From positions 21,763 to 85,762 of the forward strand of contig CAWISY010000142.1 in the NCBI GenBank assembly GCA_963838455.1: 64,000 bases of DNA, in the 5' to 3' direction. Origin of the DNA: Bryobacterales bacterium (lineage in GTDB: Bacteria; Acidobacteriota; Terriglobia; Bryobacterales; Bryobacteraceae). The notes beneath the pieces are model-generated. The model made no database searches, was not told where the DNA came from, and saw only the letters and a program-made list of their open reading frames with translations. The position numbers were made by a program, and so were the translations under genes. This document shows, in pieces, positions 1 to 9,640 of this stretch. Each line of letters begins with the position of its first letter. The stretch's first letter is position 1.

Positions 1-66
1 GCGTCTCACCCTGTACACGGGGACCGCTATATCGCCGCACAATGATCACAAGCCAGGAGATACACT

Positions 67-1482
67 GTGGGAATGACTCCTAAGGAAGTCCTTGAATACG
101 CCAAGAAACATGACGTGAAGCAGCTTGACCTGCGCTTCACTGATCTGCCCGGCGTGCAGCAGCACGTTTCCTATCCGATCACGGAGCTGGAAGAGACTTC
201 GTTTGAGGAAGGCTTCGGCTTCGACGGATCCAGCATTCGCGGATGGGCCGCCATCAATGAGAGCGACATGCTGCTGATCCCCGATCCCGCCACCGCGATG
301 GTCGATCCGTTTTACGAGACCAAGACGCTGGTGATGCTGTGCAACGTCATCGATCCCATCACCCGCCAGCACTACGACCGCGACCCGCGCTGGATCGCGC
401 GCAAGGCCGAGATGTATCTCAAAAATTCGGGCGTGGCCGATACCGCCTACTTCGGCGCCGAAGCCGAGTTCTTCATCTTCGACAACATTCGCTTCGATCA
501 GACTGCCAACCAGGGCTTCTACTTCATCGACGCCGAAGAAGGCCGCTGGAACTCCGGCCGTGCCGAGCACAACCTGGGCTATCGTCCGCGCTACAAGGAA
601 GGCTACTTCCCGGTGCCTCCCACCGATCATCACCAGGACCTGCGCGCGGAAATGGTGGAGACCATGATTCGCTGCGGCCTCAATATCGAGTGCCATCACC
701 ACGAGGTCGCGACCGCCGGCCAGTGCGAGATCGACCAGCGTTTCGACACCCTGGTGAAGTCCGCGGACAACATGATGACCTACAAGTACGTCATCCGCAA
801 CGTGGCGTATCAGTACGGCAAGACGGTCACCTTTATGCCTAAGCCTCTGTTCGGCGACAACGGCAGCGGCATGCACACGCACCAGAGCCTGTGGAAGGAC
901 AAGAAGCCGCTTTTTGCCGGCGATCTCTACGCCGGCTTCAGCCAGATGGGCCTGTGGTACATCGGCGGGCTGTTGAAGCACGCTCGGGCGCTGGCCGCGA
1001 TCATCGCGCCGACTACCAATTCCTATAAGCGCCTGGTGCCCGGCTACGAAGCTCCGGTGAACCTGGCGTATTCGCGGCGCAATCGCTCGGCGGCGTGCCG
1101 CATTCCCATGTATTCGGCCAGCCCCAAGGCCAAGCGCGTCGAGTTCCGCCCGCCGGATCCCTCCTGCAACTGCTACATGGCCTTCGCCGCGATGCTGATG
1201 GCCGGACTGGACGGCGTGATGAACAAGATCGATCCGGGCGAGCCCCTGGATAAAGACATCTACGATCTCACGCCGGAGGAAATGAAGGCGGTTCCGTCGA
1301 TGCCGTCCTCGCTCGAAGAAGCTTTGAGCGCGCTCGAAGACGACCACGGTTTCCTGCTCAAGGGCGACGTCTTCAGCGAGGAGCTGCTGGAGACCTACAT
1401 CGGCTACAAGCGCAAGAACGAAGCCGATGCGATCCGGCTCCGTCCGCACCCTTACGAATTCGCCCTCTACTACGACATTTAG
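67..1482 (+). CDS. glnA: glutamine synthetase, type I
   Basis: 471-aa ORF with GS-I motifs readable in translation ([35 protein letters not shown]). AGGAG at 55-59 precedes GTG 67; ATG 73 is an alternative start. Confidence 0.95.
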   Translation: MGMTPKEVLEYAKKHDVKQLDLRFTDLPGVQQHVSYPITELEETSFEEGFGFDGSSIRGWAAINESDMLLIPDPATAMVDPFYETKTLVMLCNVIDPITRQHYDRDPRWIARKAEMYLKNSGVADTAYFGAEAEFFIFDNIRFDQTANQGFYFIDAEEGRWNSGRAEHNLGYRPRYKEGYFPVPPTDHHQDLRAEMVETMIRCGLNIECHHHEVATAGQCEIDQRFDTLVKSADNMMTYKYVIRNVAYQYGKTVTFMPKPLFGDNGSGMHTHQSLWKDKKPLFAGDLYAGFSQMGLWYIGGLLKHARALAAIIAPTTNSYKRLVPGYEAPVNLAYSRRNRSAACRIPMYSASPKAKRVEFRPPDPSCNCYMAFAAMLMAGLDGVMNKIDPGEPLDKDIYDLTPEEMKAVPSMPSSLEEALSALEDDHGFLLKGDVFSEELLETYIGYKRKNEADAIRLRPHPYEFALYYDI

Positions 1483-1544
1483 GAAGCTGCTGAGACACCG
1501 GAAACTGTGGCCGCGTTCCCCGGCTAGAATAGTCGAGAGGGCCG

Positions 1545-1751
1545 ATGCGGTCAGACAAAGTACAGGATATCGAGCGGGCGATCGACGGGCTCACGCCACC
1601 GGAGCTCGAGGAGCTGTATGCGTGGCTGGATCTGCATCATCCTCAAGCCATCGACGTCCAGTTGAATGCCGATCTCGAAGCCGGCCGGATTGACGAGCGC
1701 ATTCGTCGCGCCGTGGCCGACCATAGGGCCGGGAAGACACTACCGCTGTAG
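1545..1751 (+). CDS. putative antitoxin (small helical addiction-module component)
   Basis: 68-aa ORF ending 12 nt upstream of a RelE/ParE-like toxin remnant. The call rests on position and size, not on a recognised motif. Confidence 0.5.
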   Translation: MRSDKVQDIERAIDGLTPPELEELYAWLDLHHPQAIDVQLNADLEAGRIDERIRRAVADHRAGKTLPL

Positions 1752-1762
1752 CCTACGGGGCG

Positions 1763-2031
1763 ATGCGCCATCGTACTACCTCGGACTTTTGGAACGACTA
1801 CGGCAAATTGCCCAGCGGAATTCGCAGGCGGGCGGACAAACAATTCGCGTTACTAAAGTGAATCCGGAATATCCCTCCCTGCAATTCAAGAAGCTGGGTG
1901 ATCGGCACGAGCAAGAAATCTGGTCCGCGCGCGTGACGCTCAAATACCGGGCAATGGCCGTGAAGCTGGCGAATGAATACGTATGGTTCTGGATCGGCGC
2001 GCACAGCGTCTATGACCACTTGGCCAACTGA
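1763..2031 (+). pseudogene. RelE/ParE-family toxin, interrupted by a 1-nt frameshift
   Basis: ATG 1763 opens MRHRTTSDFWNDYGKLPSGIRRRADKQFALLK, then TGA at 1859-1861. The -1 frame continues from 1858 as VNPEYPSLQFKKLGDRHEQEIWSARVTLKYRAMAVKLANEYVWFWIGAHSVYDHLAN. Joined, this is the classic toxin layout (DKQ.ALL..NP.HPSL.fKKL...W..R....YR). One extra A in the AAA run at 1854-1856 would restore the frame. Confidence 0.6.
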
Positions 2032-2113
2032 GCCAACTACGACATTTAATCCGTGCAACGGATTCGGGCCGCGCTGCGTCAAGGGCAGCATTGGGAGTCT
2101 CAGGGTTAGGAGA

Positions 2114-2893
2114 ATGGTTATGCGCAGATCGCTATTTCTCTCCGTCCTGGTCCTATCTGGTATAACGACGGCCGCGGCGCAAGCCCAGCAGGCTCAAGCT
2201 CAACCGACTCAAGGTCAACAACGCCTCGGCGCCGGGCCGAATCTCTACAGCCGTGAGAAAGAAGCCGCCCTCGGCGCAGAGTTCGCCAAGCAAGTCGAGC
2301 GCAACGCGCCGCCGGTCGACAATCCGGACGCACTTAAGTACGTTCAGCAAGTGGGCGCACGGCTCGCCATGCAGATCCCGGATGCTCCTTTCCCTTACAC
2401 TTTCAAGCTAGTCGGCGACACCGATCGCCGTTACCCGGAACCTGTGGCCCTCCCCGGCGGCTATATCTACGTTCCGGTGCGCCTGTTCCTGACGGCTCGC
2501 GATGAATCCGAATTCGCGGGCATGCTGGCTCACGCCATGGCTCACGTGGCGGAACGCCACGGCACCCGCCAGGCTACAAGAGGTGCGCTCGGTCAACTGG
2601 CCACCATCCCTCTGATCTTCTACGGAGCCCTTCCTTACGGCCCGGTCGCCGTCCCGATCGCATTCGTTCAGTACGGCAATATGTTCGAAGAGCAGGCCGA
2701 CGCGGACGCCGTCAAAATGGCCATGGGCGCTGGCTACGACCCGGAAGGGCTGCTGCGCTATCTGACACGGGAGACGGCCACGCCCACTACGCGCCTGGAT
2801 GCTCTGCGGGCCGCCATGCAAGCCCCCGCCCCGAGCTCCAACGACGAGTTTCTGCGGCTCCAGGAGCAACTCCGAAATCCGCCGCGAAATTAA
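2114..2893 (+). CDS. M48-family peptidase homolog with HAMAH in place of HExxH; secreted
   Basis: Signal peptide MVMRRSLFLSVLVLSGITTAAAQA. Motif region AGMLAHAMAHVAERH plus downstream FEEQADADAV..GAGYDPEGL is typical of M48. AGGAG at 2107-2111; start at ATG 2114 or 2120. Confidence 0.8.
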   Translation: MVMRRSLFLSVLVLSGITTAAAQAQQAQAQPTQGQQRLGAGPNLYSREKEAALGAEFAKQVERNAPPVDNPDALKYVQQVGARLAMQIPDAPFPYTFKLVGDTDRRYPEPVALPGGYIYVPVRLFLTARDESEFAGMLAHAMAHVAERHGTRQATRGALGQLATIPLIFYGALPYGPVAVPIAFVQYGNMFEEQADADAVKMAMGAGYDPEGLLRYLTRETATPTTRLDALRAAMQAPAPSSNDEFLRLQEQLRNPPRN

Positions 2894-2936
2894 CTTCACA
2901 TCCTGCCCGTCTGATAGAATTCGTGTGGACTAATCC

Positions 2937-3488
2937 ATGCCCACCGGCCACAGCCTTTCGACCGCGCGCCAAGTGTTTGAGTGGGTCGGCCTGCTGCTCG
3001 ATCTGGGCTTGGCGAGCTACATCGTGATCGGTATCGTGCGACGGGAGCGAGCCGGCCGAATTTTACTCGACCTGGGCCGGGTCGACGAAAACCATTCCGC
3101 GCAGCGGATCGGCTTTGGCGTGTTCGGGCTGTTCTTCGGCTTCCTCGCAGTGCTCCTGGCCGGCACTCATAACTTCCAATGGAGCTTTTTCGTTTACCTC
3201 ATGTTGCAGGGAGTGAATACTATCGTCATGGGCATGCAGCGCTTCCTGGTCTGTGACGCAGGAATTCTGAGCAGCGAACGGCTCACCCAGAGCAAGCTGT
3301 ACCGATGGGACGACATTCTATGCTACGACGTCGAAAAGGGAAAGCTGCGCTTAAAGCTGCGGGACAAGGGCCCTCTGGGTGAGCGTTGGATTACCTGCCG
3401 TCCCAGGGTTCGGCTCGACTATCAGGAAGAACTCGACGTCGTGATGGCGTCGCGCTGTCCGAGGCTGAAGCAGCCGGTCGCAGTCTAG
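2937..3488 (+). CDS. hypothetical membrane protein
   Basis: 183-aa ORF with 3-4 hydrophobic helices followed by a soluble C-terminal part. No motif recognised. Confidence 0.55.
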   Translation: MPTGHSLSTARQVFEWVGLLLDLGLASYIVIGIVRRERAGRILLDLGRVDENHSAQRIGFGVFGLFFGFLAVLLAGTHNFQWSFFVYLMLQGVNTIVMGMQRFLVCDAGILSSERLTQSKLYRWDDILCYDVEKGKLRLKLRDKGPLGERWITCRPRVRLDYQEELDVVMASRCPRLKQPVAV

Positions 3489-3496
3489 TCTTACGT

Positions 3497-5059
3497 CTAT
3501 AACCGAGTCGCGCTGGCGTTTTCAAGCTGCGCATCTCTGAGCAGCGGCTCGCTCCCGGACACGCGGAAGTTGCGCACGTTGTCGAGCACCGCCGCCGGTA
3601 CGCCCTCCACCTTCGGCGTCTTTATCCGAAATAGGTCCACGTTCTCGACGTCGTTCATCACGATCAGCGGCCGGGCTTCCTCTTTGACCGACGCAATCTC
3701 GATGTTGCTCAGCTCCACGCCCTTCGCATGCCGGATGAAGAAGCCGTGCGAAGGCATCGCGCCGAACATGCCCGGCTCCGGATACCCATTCTCACTTTCC
3801 GGAGGCACGCGCGCGGCCTGCTCCCTGGTTCCTCCGCCCTGATGCTGCACGTACACGTCGCTGATCTTGATGTTCTCGATCGGATGGCCCGGAATCCCGC
3901 TGATGACCGAGCCCAGATACGACGCGCAATTCGACACCACGACGTTGCTGATGATCACCCTCCGCAGCGCGCCAACCGGCACACCGGCGGGCCCTCGCAT
4001 GCGCGAGCCCAGGCGCATGAAGATCGGCGCGCTGATGATGTCGCGCATGGTGATGTTGGAAATGGTGACGTCTTCGAGCAACCCTCCGTCCACCGTCTCC
4101 AGCGCGAGTCCCTGGCAGCCGTCGAAAGTGCAGTTGGTGATGGTGACGTTCTTGAAACCGCCGTTCGATTCGGTTCCGAATTTGATGCGGCCGGTGCGCG
4201 GAATTCGCTCGCCCGCAGGGAGGGGCTTGAAGGTCCCGTCCAGCAACGAGCCCGGAGCGAAGCTCCCGCTCACCGCGCAATTCGTGATCGTCACTGTATC
4301 GGTCGCGCGGGCATGCCCCAATCCGAAGGAGCTCTTCAAACAGATCGCGTCATCCCATGGCGAGTTCACCGAACAATTCGACACTCGCACGTTGCGGCAG
4401 CAGTCGATGTCCATGCCGTCGCGATTGGTGTCGATGCGCAGATTGTCGATGGTGAAATTGTCCACGCCGGTCGCGAGAATTCCGAAGTGGCCGCCCTGCA
4501 GGATTCCGAAATCGCGCAACGTCACGTTGCGGCAGTTCTTCAGGCTGATGGATTTGTTGCCGACGTGCGGATCTTCAGCGCGCAAGCCCGGCCCGGTGCC
4601 TTTGGACAATCCCTTGCCATAGATTAACCCGGGCCCGAGAATCGCGATGCCGGTCAAGTTCTCGCCCCAGATCAGGCTGTTGTGGAAGTGGCTGTGTCCG
4701 TAATCCTGGTATTTGTCCAACTCCATGGGCTCGGCTGGATCGTAGCCGGCCGTGGAAGTATTTTCCGCGGCCAGAATCGTCGCGCCGGGACCCAGGTACA
4801 GCGTCACGTTGCTTTTCAGGCGAATCGAGTACGTGGCGTAAGTGCCCGCGGGGAACACGACGGTCCCTCCGCCAGCGGTTGAGGCTGCGTCGATGGCGCG
4901 ATTAATCGGCTCAGTGTCGAGCGTCTTGCCGTCGCCGATTGCACCGAGCGTCTTTACGTCGAACGCCGCGCGCATCGGGTTTGACAAACGCTGCGCCGAC
5001 GCGCCGCCCTGAAATGCGACCCCTGCCCCAGCCAGTTTCATGGCATGTCGCCGATCCAC
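3497..5059 (-). CDS. glycoside hydrolase family 28-like (polygalacturonase fold), Tat signal
   Basis: N-terminus MDRRHAMKLAGAGVAF. Beta-helix repeats with TNRDGMDIDCCRNV and SPWDDAICLKSS, typical of GH28. Confidence 0.8.
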   Translation of the reverse strand: MDRRHAMKLAGAGVAFQGGASAQRLSNPMRAAFDVKTLGAIGDGKTLDTEPINRAIDAASTAGGGTVVFPAGTYATYSIRLKSNVTLYLGPGATILAAENTSTAGYDPAEPMELDKYQDYGHSHFHNSLIWGENLTGIAILGPGLIYGKGLSKGTGPGLRAEDPHVGNKSISLKNCRNVTLRDFGILQGGHFGILATGVDNFTIDNLRIDTNRDGMDIDCCRNVRVSNCSVNSPWDDAICLKSSFGLGHARATDTVTITNCAVSGSFAPGSLLDGTFKPLPAGERIPRTGRIKFGTESNGGFKNVTITNCTFDGCQGLALETVDGGLLEDVTISNITMRDIISAPIFMRLGSRMRGPAGVPVGALRRVIISNVVVSNCASYLGSVISGIPGHPIENIKISDVYVQHQGGGTREQAARVPPESENGYPEPGMFGAMPSHGFFIRHAKGVELSNIEIASVKEEARPLIVMNDVENVDLFRIKTPKVEGVPAAVLDNVRNFRVSGSEPLLRDAQLENASATRL

Positions 5060-5590
5060 CTATTTGCCTCCCAAAACCGTGAACGGAATCGACGCTTCGG
5101 TCTGCTCCCACAGCAGCGCTAGAGTGCCTTTAGTAGCGCCGTCGGGCCGCAGCTCGATCCGGAACGTCTCCACGGGAAGAAGAATCGCCCGGACGTTCAT
5201 CTTGGTGCGTCCGAAATCGCGCGTTTCATCGTAATAAAGATGGGATTGGCCGGTCTGCTTGTTGAGGATCAGGGTCCAGTCTTTGGCCGTGGGCAAAGTC
5301 CAGATGCTGTATTTGCCCTTGGGCAATTTCAGGTCGCCGATCTGCAGATCCGCCTCAGTCGTGATCGCGGTGGCGTAGTTCGCGCCGGTGCACCAAACCT
5401 GGCCGTAGGGCACCAGTCCGCCAAAGACCTTGCGCTCATGCATCGACGGCGCGTAATAGTCGATGGTGATTTTCTTCCCGGCAATGGTCGCCGAAACCTG
5501 CTCCAGCGGACTGGTGAAGCGCTGCGCTGCAAGAGGTCCCGCGGCGAGGACCAGCGTCATTACGATGGGGACGTGAGCGCGCTGTAACAT
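5060..5590 (-). CDS. DUF2911-family secreted protein
   Basis: Signal peptide, then ITIDYYAPSMHERKVFGGLVPYGQVWCTGANYAT...LPKGKYSIW. Strong AAGGAGG lies 7 nt upstream of ATG 5590. The stop abuts the GH28 start. Confidence 0.75.
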   Translation of the reverse strand: MLQRAHVPIVMTLVLAAGPLAAQRFTSPLEQVSATIAGKKITIDYYAPSMHERKVFGGLVPYGQVWCTGANYATAITTEADLQIGDLKLPKGKYSIWTLPTAKDWTLILNKQTGQSHLYYDETRDFGRTKMNVRAILLPVETFRIELRPDGATKGTLALLWEQTEASIPFTVLGGK

Positions 5591-5642
5591 GACGAATCCT
5601 CCTTCGAGCATCCTACTCCTTTTTTCATGTCACCATGTCCTT

Positions 5643-6584
5643 ATGTCCCCTTCGCCCCGGCCCGGGCCCGCACTGCGTCTCAAGACCCTGCGCAAGGCGT
5701 ATAAAGACGTCGTGGCCGTAGCCGGCATCGACCTGGAAGTGCACCGCGGGGAATGCTTCGGATTGCTGGGTCCCAACGGCGCAGGCAAAACCACCACCAT
5801 CGAAATTTGTGAAGGATTGACGGAGCGCGATTCGGGCGAAGTGGAAATCCTGGGGCTAACCTGGGAGCGCGACGCCAAGGCTTTGCGGCAGAGGCTCGGG
5901 ATCCAGCTTCAGGAGACGCAGCTCGCTGACAAACTCACTGTGATGGAGACGGTGCGCCTGTTCGCCAGCTTCTTCCATCAAGGCCCCGCAGCCGACGAAG
6001 TGATTGCGCAAGCGCAGCTCACCGAAAAACGCGATGCGCGCGTGGGCGGCCTTTCCGGGGGCCAGAAGCAGCGGCTCGCGCTGGCCTGCGCGCTGGTCGG
6101 CGATCCCGAATTGCTGTTCCTCGACGAGCCCACTACCGGCCTAGACCCGCAGGCTCGGCGCCAGCTTTGGGATCTGATCGAGCAGTTCAAGGCGGATGGC
6201 CGGACGATCCTCCTGACCACTCACTATATGGACGAAGCCGAGCGCCTGTGCGATCGCGTGGCGATAATGGATCACGGCAAGGTGATCGCGCTGGCCTCGC
6301 CTAAGGAGCTGATCGCCTCCATCGGCGCGGAGCACATCGTGGAATTTGCCGCGCCCGGTTCGAGCGAAGATAATGCTGTGTTCGCCGCCATCGCCGGTGT
6401 CCGCAGCGTCCGCCGCGAAAACGGCAGCGTGCAGTTGCAGGTCACTGAGCTGCATCACGCCGTCCCCGCATTGCTGGCTGAGCTCGCACGCCAGGGCGCA
6501 GCACTTACGGAATTGCGGACGCATTCGGCGACACTGGAGGACGTGTTCGTTACGCTGACGGGGAGGCATTTACGTGACGAATAA
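5643..6584 (+). CDS. ABC transporter ATP-binding protein
   Basis: Walker A GPNGAGKTT, signature LSGGQKQRL, Walker B LLFLDEPTTGLD. ATG 5643 avoids overlap with the divergent gene. Confidence 0.9.
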   Translation: MSPSPRPGPALRLKTLRKAYKDVVAVAGIDLEVHRGECFGLLGPNGAGKTTTIEICEGLTERDSGEVEILGLTWERDAKALRQRLGIQLQETQLADKLTVMETVRLFASFFHQGPAADEVIAQAQLTEKRDARVGGLSGGQKQRLALACALVGDPELLFLDEPTTGLDPQARRQLWDLIEQFKADGRTILLTTHYMDEAERLCDRVAIMDHGKVIALASPKELIASIGAEHIVEFAAPGSSEDNAVFAAIAGVRSVRRENGSVQLQVTELHHAVPALLAELARQGAALTELRTHSATLEDVFVTLTGRHLRDE

Positions 6585-7608
6585 ACGCGATAACGCGCTC
6601 GTTCAACTCACTCTCGTCCGCTTCCGCGAATTCCTGCGCGAGCCCGAAGCGCTGTTCTGGGTCTTCGTCTTTCCGGCTCTGCTGGCCGTGGGCCTGGGCA
6701 TCGCCTTCCGCAATCGCCCGCCCGACGTGGTCAAGATCGGCGCCGTTTCACCGGGCCTCAAAGCCGCACTCTCGAAGGAAAAACTGCTGGACGTGACGGA
6801 ATACTCCACCGACGGCGGGGCACAAGCGCTGCGCATTGGCAGCATCGCGCTGCTGGCCGAGCCGGGGCCGTCGGGCGAAGTCACCTACCGTTACGACGAA
6901 ACCAATCCCGATGGCCGCACCGCGCGCATGCTGGCCGATCAAGCCGTGCAGCGGGCCGCCGGACGCGTGGACCCGGTTCCGGCTTCCGACCGCCTGGTGC
7001 GCGAACCAGGGTCACGCTACATCGACTTCCTGATGCCCGGCCTGCTGGGCATGAACCTGATGGGCAGCGGCATCTGGGGGCTGGTATTCACCATCGTCGA
7101 CGCGCGCCGTAAGAAATTGATGAAACGTCTGGTGGCGACGCCGATGCCGCGCCAGTATTACCTGCTTTCGTTTCTGCTCTCGCGGTTGGGGCTCCTGGTT
7201 TTCGAGGTGGGTCTCTTGGCAGGTTTTGGAGTGCTGGTCTTCCATGTGCCGATGCGCGGGAATTGGGCGGGGCTGTTTCTGATGTGCATCCTCGGCTCGG
7301 TGTCGTTCAGCGCGATCGGGTTGCTGATTTCCTCGCGCGTCAAAACCATCGAGGCAGTCTCCGGCATCTCCAACCTGGTGATGATGCCGATGTGGATCAT
7401 GTCCGGCGTATTCTTTTCCGCGCAAAGGTTTCCCGACGCGATCCAGCCGTTCATCAAGGCGCTGCCGCTGACCGCGCTGATCGACTGCCTGCGCTCCTAC
7501 ATGCTGCAAGGCGTGCCGCTGGCGAGCCTCGCCACGGAGATGGCGATCCTGTGCGGGTGGATGGTGGCGTGTTTCGCCCTGGCGCTGAAATGGTTCCGCT
7601 GGCGCTAA
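6574..7608 (+). CDS. ABC-2 type transporter permease
   Basis: GTG 6574 after GGGAGG, overlapping the ATPase stop. Six predicted TM helices, ABC-2 layout. Confidence 0.85.
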   Translation: MTNKRDNALVQLTLVRFREFLREPEALFWVFVFPALLAVGLGIAFRNRPPDVVKIGAVSPGLKAALSKEKLLDVTEYSTDGGAQALRIGSIALLAEPGPSGEVTYRYDETNPDGRTARMLADQAVQRAAGRVDPVPASDRLVREPGSRYIDFLMPGLLGMNLMGSGIWGLVFTIVDARRKKLMKRLVATPMPRQYYLLSFLLSRLGLLVFEVGLLAGFGVLVFHVPMRGNWAGLFLMCILGSVSFSAIGLLISSRVKTIEAVSGISNLVMMPMWIMSGVFFSAQRFPDAIQPFIKALPLTALIDCLRSYMLQGVPLASLATEMAILCGWMVACFALALKWFRWR

Positions 7609-7620
7609 AGAGGCCAGGGC

Positions 7621-8481
7621 TTACTCCACGAGAAAGGGCTCGCGAGCTTCCGCGCTCCCGCCGCCGATCTGGTCGTGCACCGTCACCACCAGAGTGTACA
7701 TGCCCGGCTCCAGGTCTTTGCCTAAGGTGAGGGTCAGGCCGCCGGCTACCCAGCGCTGCGGGTAGAAGGATTGATCGGACTCGGCTCCGGCCTGGGGCTG
7801 GGTGAACACCTGGTTGCCGGATGGATCCTCCAGCGTCATCCCGAAGGTGACAGAAAACCGGTTGTTGTCGCCGAATTTGTAGCCGGTGACATCCATGCGA
7901 GCCCAGGCCATGCTGCCGGCGCGGTACACGGGTTCGCGCATCCCGCGCGTGTCGTCCTCGCTTTTGAGGAATGCGAAATTGCGGACGGCGAGCGGCCCGC
8001 TCAATTCCACCGCGTGACCCTTCACCTTGAACTTCAACTCGCCCGCGACCTGACTATTGGAGACCTCGTCATGAACGTGGACCGCGATGCGGTACTCGCC
8101 CGCAAGCGCGTAAGCCGGCAGCGTGAAATTCTTCAGAAACTTGGGCAGCCAGTCGGTGTCCTCTTTGAGCACCTCCGCGTCGATGCGGCCCTGCCACGGC
8201 GACCCGATCAGGACTCCCGCGGCATCGCGCACCTCCATGGTCCAGGCCAGCTTCACCTTGCGGTGCGACTCATCGCTCTCATCGATCGCGTAGTTCTCCA
8301 GGCGGCAACTGAAAAAGGCCGTCTCGCCGGGGATGAATTCGTAGCCGGGTTCCAGCAGCGCCCCATCTTCGAACTGGTGCAACGCCAAGCGATCGATCTT
8401 GAGTTGGGGTTGTGCGGATGCGGCCGCGGCGCAGAGCAGCGCGACGAAAAACACGCGGGCTGGCGAGCCGGCCGCAGCCAT
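7621..8481 (-). CDS. hypothetical secreted protein (two Ig-like repeats)
   Basis: Signal peptide ending in AAASAQ. Two internally similar beta-rich halves. No motif recognised. Confidence 0.6.
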   Translation of the reverse strand: MAAAGSPARVFFVALLCAAAASAQPQLKIDRLALHQFEDGALLEPGYEFIPGETAFFSCRLENYAIDESDESHRKVKLAWTMEVRDAAGVLIGSPWQGRIDAEVLKEDTDWLPKFLKNFTLPAYALAGEYRIAVHVHDEVSNSQVAGELKFKVKGHAVELSGPLAVRNFAFLKSEDDTRGMREPVYRAGSMAWARMDVTGYKFGDNNRFSVTFGMTLEDPSGNQVFTQPQAGAESDQSFYPQRWVAGGLTLTLGKDLEPGMYTLVVTVHDQIGGGSAEAREPFLVE

Positions 8482-8506
8482 AAGCTGCCTTTTATTCTAC
8501 TGCGGC

Positions 8507-9061
8507 TTACTTTGCGGTATGCCCAGTGACGTCGTCGGCAGGGCCGGGTGTTTGCACCGAAGTATCCGTGTCGATGCGCAGCGGAACCGTGACCCAGGCA
8601 TACTTCTCCGCGCCGGGACCGCCGCCGTCGGTCAGGCGCAGCTTGTAGGAACCCAGCGGCACGTCGAACAGGATCTTTCCTTCCAGGGTCTGGGCCGGGC
8701 CGATATCGCGCAGCAGGCCCAGCCAGTTCTGCAGGCCGTCGCCGTTGTCGACCTCCCCGAAGTTTTGGCCGTCGGAGTTCTGCAGGTTGAACAGCGGCAC
8801 CGCGACATCTTTCCCGCCGCCTTCACCGCTGTTGGTGATCGACAGCGTGATCGACATGAAGCGCTGCTGCGGTGTACGCAGATGGAAGGTCTCGCCCAAC
8901 TGACTGTACCAGTTGTCCTCAATGACGTTGTAAGTGAGCGGCCCCACCGAGACCTTCTCGCCCATGACATGCTCTTGGGTGAAGTTGTCGGCGTGGCTGC
9001 AACCGGTCAGGAGTCCGGACAGCGCCAGTAGACAGAACGCGGCTAACAGCGATTTGGACAT
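8507..9061 (-). CDS. lipoprotein, DUF4352-like
   Basis: Lipobox LLTGCS after MSKSLLAAFCLLALSG. The longer ORF extension to 9331 runs into the IS terminal repeat and is rejected. Confidence 0.65.
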   Translation of the reverse strand: MSKSLLAAFCLLALSGLLTGCSHADNFTQEHVMGEKVSVGPLTYNVIEDNWYSQLGETFHLRTPQQRFMSITLSITNSGEGGGKDVAVPLFNLQNSDGQNFGEVDNGDGLQNWLGLLRDIGPAQTLEGKILFDVPLGSYKLRLTDGGGPGAEKYAWVTVPLRIDTDTSVQTPGPADDVTGHTAK

Positions 9062-9209
9062 GAGACTCTCACAAGAGTAGCGGGAAATCCCGGTCCCCTG
9101 CAACGCGTGTTTATAAATCGGGCGCGCGACATAGAAATGATGATTTGCAGGATCTCGGCGTTGGGGGCTCTTGTCTGAACGTATATAATACGTACAGAAA
9201 GGAGTCCCC

Positions 9210-9611
9210 ATGCCGCAGTCTCTCTCGGATTTGGAAAAGCAGCGTTCCTCCCTCGCCTCCCAGTTGGTGCAGTTAGGAGATCTTCGTCCCGGATCGGTCA
9301 CCGGGATCGTCCGCCGTTGCGGGAAGCCCACCTGTCATTGCGCCCAACCCGATGATCCCGGCCACGGCCCCACCTTGCGCCTTACCTACAAGGTTCAAGG
9401 CAAGACCATCAGCGAGACTTTGCCGGGTCCCGCGTCGGTACGCAAAGCGGAACGCGAAATCGCCGAGTTCCGCAGGTTTCAGGAACTGAGCCGATCCTTT
9501 CTCGAGGTCAATGAGAAGATCTGCCGCCTGCGGCCGGTGGAAGAGCAAGCTCTGAGTGAACAGGAAAAAAAACGGCGGACGCCATCCGACAGGAAGTCGC
9601 GCGCGAAGTAG
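9210..9611 (+). CDS. IS orfA (DUF6788-like, GKPTCHC zinc-ribbon motif)
   Basis: 133-aa ORF with RRCGKPTCHCA...HGPTLRLTYK. AGGAG at 9200-9204. Lies directly upstream of the transposase. Confidence 0.7.
   Translation: MPQSLSDLEKQRSSLASQLVQLGDLRPGSVTGIVRRCGKPTCHCAQPDDPGHGPTLRLTYKVQGKTISETLPGPASVRKAEREIAEFRRFQELSRSFLEVNEKICRLRPVEEQALSEQEKKRRTPSDRKSRAK
9565..9572 (+). other. A8 run: candidate -1 frameshift / transcriptional slippage site joining orfA to the transposase frame
   Basis: In the orfA frame the sequence reads GAA AAA AAA CGG. The -1 frame is open from 9560 (TGKKTADAIRQEVAREVEQLLRTIFTG) straight into the annotated transposase Met at 9641. Confidence 0.35.
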
Positions 9612-9640
9612 AGCAACTGCTGCGCACTATCTTCACTGGC

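Noticed and set aside
46-1449. 467-aa ORF antisense to glnA
   Set aside because: It is fully contained within an unmistakable glutamine synthetase gene on the other strand. Its Arg/Ala/Gly-rich composition is typical of shadow ORFs in high-GC DNA.
8507-9331. Extended 274-aa version of the lipoprotein ORF, and the 10942 start of the CHRD-like ORF
   Set aside because: Both extensions read into the IS terminal inverted repeats and give the mirrored HFYVA(R/H)P peptide. Internal starts with a lipobox or signal peptide are far more plausible.
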